The position numbers and the translations under genes are program-made. A stretch of DNA of 50,914 nt from Candidatus Hodarchaeota archaeon. Lineage in GTDB: Archaea > Asgardarchaeota > Heimdallarchaeia > Hodarchaeales > Hodarchaeaceae. The stretch covers positions 1-50,914 of the forward strand of contig JAEOTM010000043.1 in assembly GCA_016839815.1 (NCBI GenBank), given 5' to 3'. The notes under the pieces were generated by a model. That model searched no databases and had not been told where the DNA came from. It worked only from the letters and a program-made list of their open reading frames with translations. Of the stretch, positions 48,338 through 50,914 are shown piece after piece (positions within the stretch are counted from its first letter, which is position 1; every line of letters begins with the position of its first letter).

Positions 48338-49816
48338 ATGGCTGATAAAGATAAGACTGACAAAAAATCAAAGGAAGAGAAGAAAGAAAGACCAAAAATT
48401 CCTAAAGAAATTAAAGTAGAAACGAAACACAGTATTTTAATCCAAGGACAGCAAATTGATTACAAAGTAACCGTTGGGACTATGATCATTAAAGAAGAGG
48501 AGGAAGAAAAAGAGCCTCAAGCAAAAGCATCCATGTTTTACATAGCGTATACGCGTGAGGGGATAGAAGAAGGAGAGAAAAGACCAATTACATTTTCTTT
48601 TAATGGTGGTCCAGGATCATCTTCTGTTTGGTTACATCTTGGAATACTCGGGCCACGAAGAGTTATTGCGGAGGAAAACGCACAACCAACCCCTCCCCCT
48701 TATGAACTTGTCAACAATGAATATTCCCTCTTAGATGTAACGGATCTAGTTTTTATTGATCCAGTGAGTACTGGCTATTCTCGTGCTGTTCCTGGTGAAA
48801 AAGACAAGCAGTTTCATGAATTTAAGAAGGATATTGAATCTGTGGGAGAATTTATTCGATTGTTTACTTCTCGATTTAAGCGATGGAATTCACCGAAGTT
48901 TTTAATCGGAGAGAGTTATGGTACCACACGAGCTGCAGGTTTGGCTGGCTATTTACAGACTGATTTAGGGATGTTTCTGAACGGGGTAATACTCATTTCC
49001 TGTATCCTAAACTTTCAAACTGCCCGATTTAGCCCAGGTAATGATCTTCCTCCCATTCTATTTCTACCTACTTATACCACAACTGCTTGGTATCACAAAA
49101 AACTCGCTCCAGAACTTCAGGCAGATTTTGAGAAAACGATTGCTTCAGTTACAGAGTTTGCTATGCATGAATATACCTTGGCTATGATGAAGGGGGATAC
49201 TCTAAGTGAAAGTGAATCAGATCAAATAACAGAAAAATTAGCTCAATTCACAGGGTTATCAAGTGCATATATTAAGGGTACAAACCTAAGAATCAACATT
49301 TATCGTTTTACTAAGGAGTTATTACGAGGAGAACATCGAACTGTAGGCCGTCTTGATAGTAGATTTACTGGTATTGATAAAGATGACACAGGAATGGATT
49401 TTGAATTCGATCCAAGTTATGCTGTAATCCAGGGACCCTATACATCCACTCTCAATGACTATGTCAGAAGCGAATTAAATTTCACAAGTGATCTTCCATA
49501 TGAAATCCTTGCACCATTGTATAAGAAATGGAAATATGAAGACTATCATAATCAATTTTTGAATGTCGCAGAAACTTTGCGCCAGGCAATGAGTATGAAT
49601 CCCTTCCTGAAAGTATTTGTAGGAAATGGATACTTTGATTTGGCCACTCCATTTTTTGCAACGAAATATACATTTGATCATCTGGAACTAGATTCCTCTC
49701 TTCGTAAGAATATTGTAATGGACTATTATGAAGCAGGACATATGATGTATCTGCATCCCCCATCTTTAGCTAAATTAAGGAAAGATCTGGTAGCTTTTAT
49801 AAAATCCGCGGTATAA
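48338..49816 (+). CDS. Peptidase S10 serine carboxypeptidase
   Basis: FNGGPGSSS, IDPVSTGYS, GESYG, GYFDLATP, YEAGHMMY. Confidence 0.95.
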   Translation: MADKDKTDKKSKEEKKERPKIPKEIKVETKHSILIQGQQIDYKVTVGTMIIKEEEEEKEPQAKASMFYIAYTREGIEEGEKRPITFSFNGGPGSSSVWLHLGILGPRRVIAEENAQPTPPPYELVNNEYSLLDVTDLVFIDPVSTGYSRAVPGEKDKQFHEFKKDIESVGEFIRLFTSRFKRWNSPKFLIGESYGTTRAAGLAGYLQTDLGMFLNGVILISCILNFQTARFSPGNDLPPILFLPTYTTTAWYHKKLAPELQADFEKTIASVTEFAMHEYTLAMMKGDTLSESESDQITEKLAQFTGLSSAYIKGTNLRINIYRFTKELLRGEHRTVGRLDSRFTGIDKDDTGMDFEFDPSYAVIQGPYTSTLNDYVRSELNFTSDLPYEILAPLYKKWKYEDYHNQFLNVAETLRQAMSMNPFLKVFVGNGYFDLATPFFATKYTFDHLELDSSLRKNIVMDYYEAGHMMYLHPPSLAKLRKDLVAFIKSAV

Positions 49817-49842
49817 TCAGGTTTTAGTCGTGCAAAGAAGCC

Positions 49843-50294
49843 CTATTTAATCTGCTTCATTGCGAAATAGACCTTTAGAATGTTATCTAGTGATCCTGAA
49901 AAATCAGAGAACATACTTGGTTCAAGTAACCCCTCTTGGAGATAGCCTGCGTATTCCTCAAAAAACTGAGTTAAAATAACTTTCATTAGAAGGTTCATTT
50001 TCCGTCTGGTTACTCGTTGGGGAGTAGTAACAATTGCTACAAGGATGGGTCTAATGATTTTATATATAATCAAATGCTGATCTAGCTTTATTTCTTGAAT
50101 TGCTTCTCCCATGATTCGCTCTGCGAAGTTTGCCATGGCAATCAAAAAACCACTAATCATATTTGGCTCGGATTCCCCAGTATAATAGTGGTTCGAGACT
50201 AAACATAAGCCTGATTCATGAATGACATAGATGTCTCGAATTGGGAGTTTTTTCGCACTTTTTTTCTTAGGGATGGGCTGTCATCTCCAACCAT
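49843..50294 (-). CDS. Stand-alone longin/roadblock-like protein, frameshifted near its 5' end
   Basis: The track-ORF frame extends upstream as LPIRDIYVIHESGLCLVSNHYYTGESEPNMISGFLIAMANFAERIMGEAIQEIKL with no start codon; the RBS-preceded ATG at 50294 is in a different frame. Confidence 0.7.
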
Positions 50295-50494
50295 TTTGAG
50301 AAACTACCTCACCAGAAGGGGTCGGTCACTCTCAAGTACTTCACATATATTCCTAGTTTATAACGTACCCAGCTATCTAAAGAGGACAGCTTTTTGAGAA
50401 ACAGGTCATATAACCCGAGTCTCCGAATAGCTGAAAATTGAACTATCTATGAAAAAAAAAGGGAAAAAAAAGAAAAATGGACTTGAATTGTTGA

Positions 50495-50914
50495 TCAGTT
50501 CACAGGACAAGTTTTTGTGATGTACTCTAGAATTTCAGATACAAGTGCCTGCTTATTTGAACGTCGCTGGGCAAAAGAGGCCAGATAATTTCCATTATGC
50601 TTAGTAACGGCCTTTTTGACCTTATTTAATGTACCTGCTGGAAAAAAGAGGTATGTAGCAAATCCAATTACTAGCTTTTGCTGTAAATCTTGTGGTAATC
50701 CTGTTTTTATCAATTCTCTTATCGTTTCTTCAGGTTTTTGTCCAAAAAGAATATATCCGTGCACAGGTGTCCCGATCAAAACAAGATCTGCGCCCTCAAT
50801 GTGATTTTGTTTCGCAGTTAGAGCATGCTTAACTTTTACGGTATAATTTTTGGCTTGAAGCACCGTTTGAAGCATCTCAGTAACTTTTTTTGTATTTCCC
50901 GATTCAGAGGAAAA
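50495..50914 (-). CDS. Flavodoxin-like protein; 5' end off the window
   Basis: Frame continues to the window edge as FSSESGNTKKV (FMN phosphate loop); DLVLIGTPVHG. Confidence 0.85.
   Translation of the reverse strand, partial: FSSESGNTKKVTEMLQTVLQAKNYTVKVKHALTAKQNHIEGADLVLIGTPVHGYILFGQKPEETIRELIKTGLPQDLQQKLVIGFATYLFFPAGTLNKVKKAVTKHNGNYLASFAQRRSNKQALVSEILEYITKTCPVN

Overview
AT-rich, gene-dense archaeal chromosomal window. It most likely comes from an Asgard archaeon (Heimdallarchaeia/Hodarchaeales-like). This is an inference from a single-domain gelsolin, longin-like domains, a membrane LRR protein, giant glycosylated surface proteins with C-terminal membrane anchors, and TrmB/ArsR regulators. 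I saw no rRNA, tRNA, CRISPR array or transposase. Most genes are accessory metabolism, detoxification or peptide scavenging: M14, M20, S10 and HExxH peptidases, a serine hydrolase, arsM-arsR, RidA, NUDIX, EndoV and VOC proteins. Best candidates for undescribed biology: (1) a compact nucleic-acid end-processing locus with RtcA divergent from a RecA/KaiC-type ATPase plus ATP-dependent ligase pair, converging on a solo Cas4-like Fe-S nuclease; (2) a 1475-aa single-pass receptor-like protein coupling Ig-like repeats to a cytoplasmic longin-like domain; (3) a 1782-aa surface protein with an apparent caspase-fold His-Cys dyad on a TSP3-like Ca-binding stalk; (4) two orphan C-terminal anchor gene ends fused back-to-back at about 11697; (5) a longin gene needing a -1 shift at tandem slippery A-runs. 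All family calls come from motif recognition by eye, without database searches.
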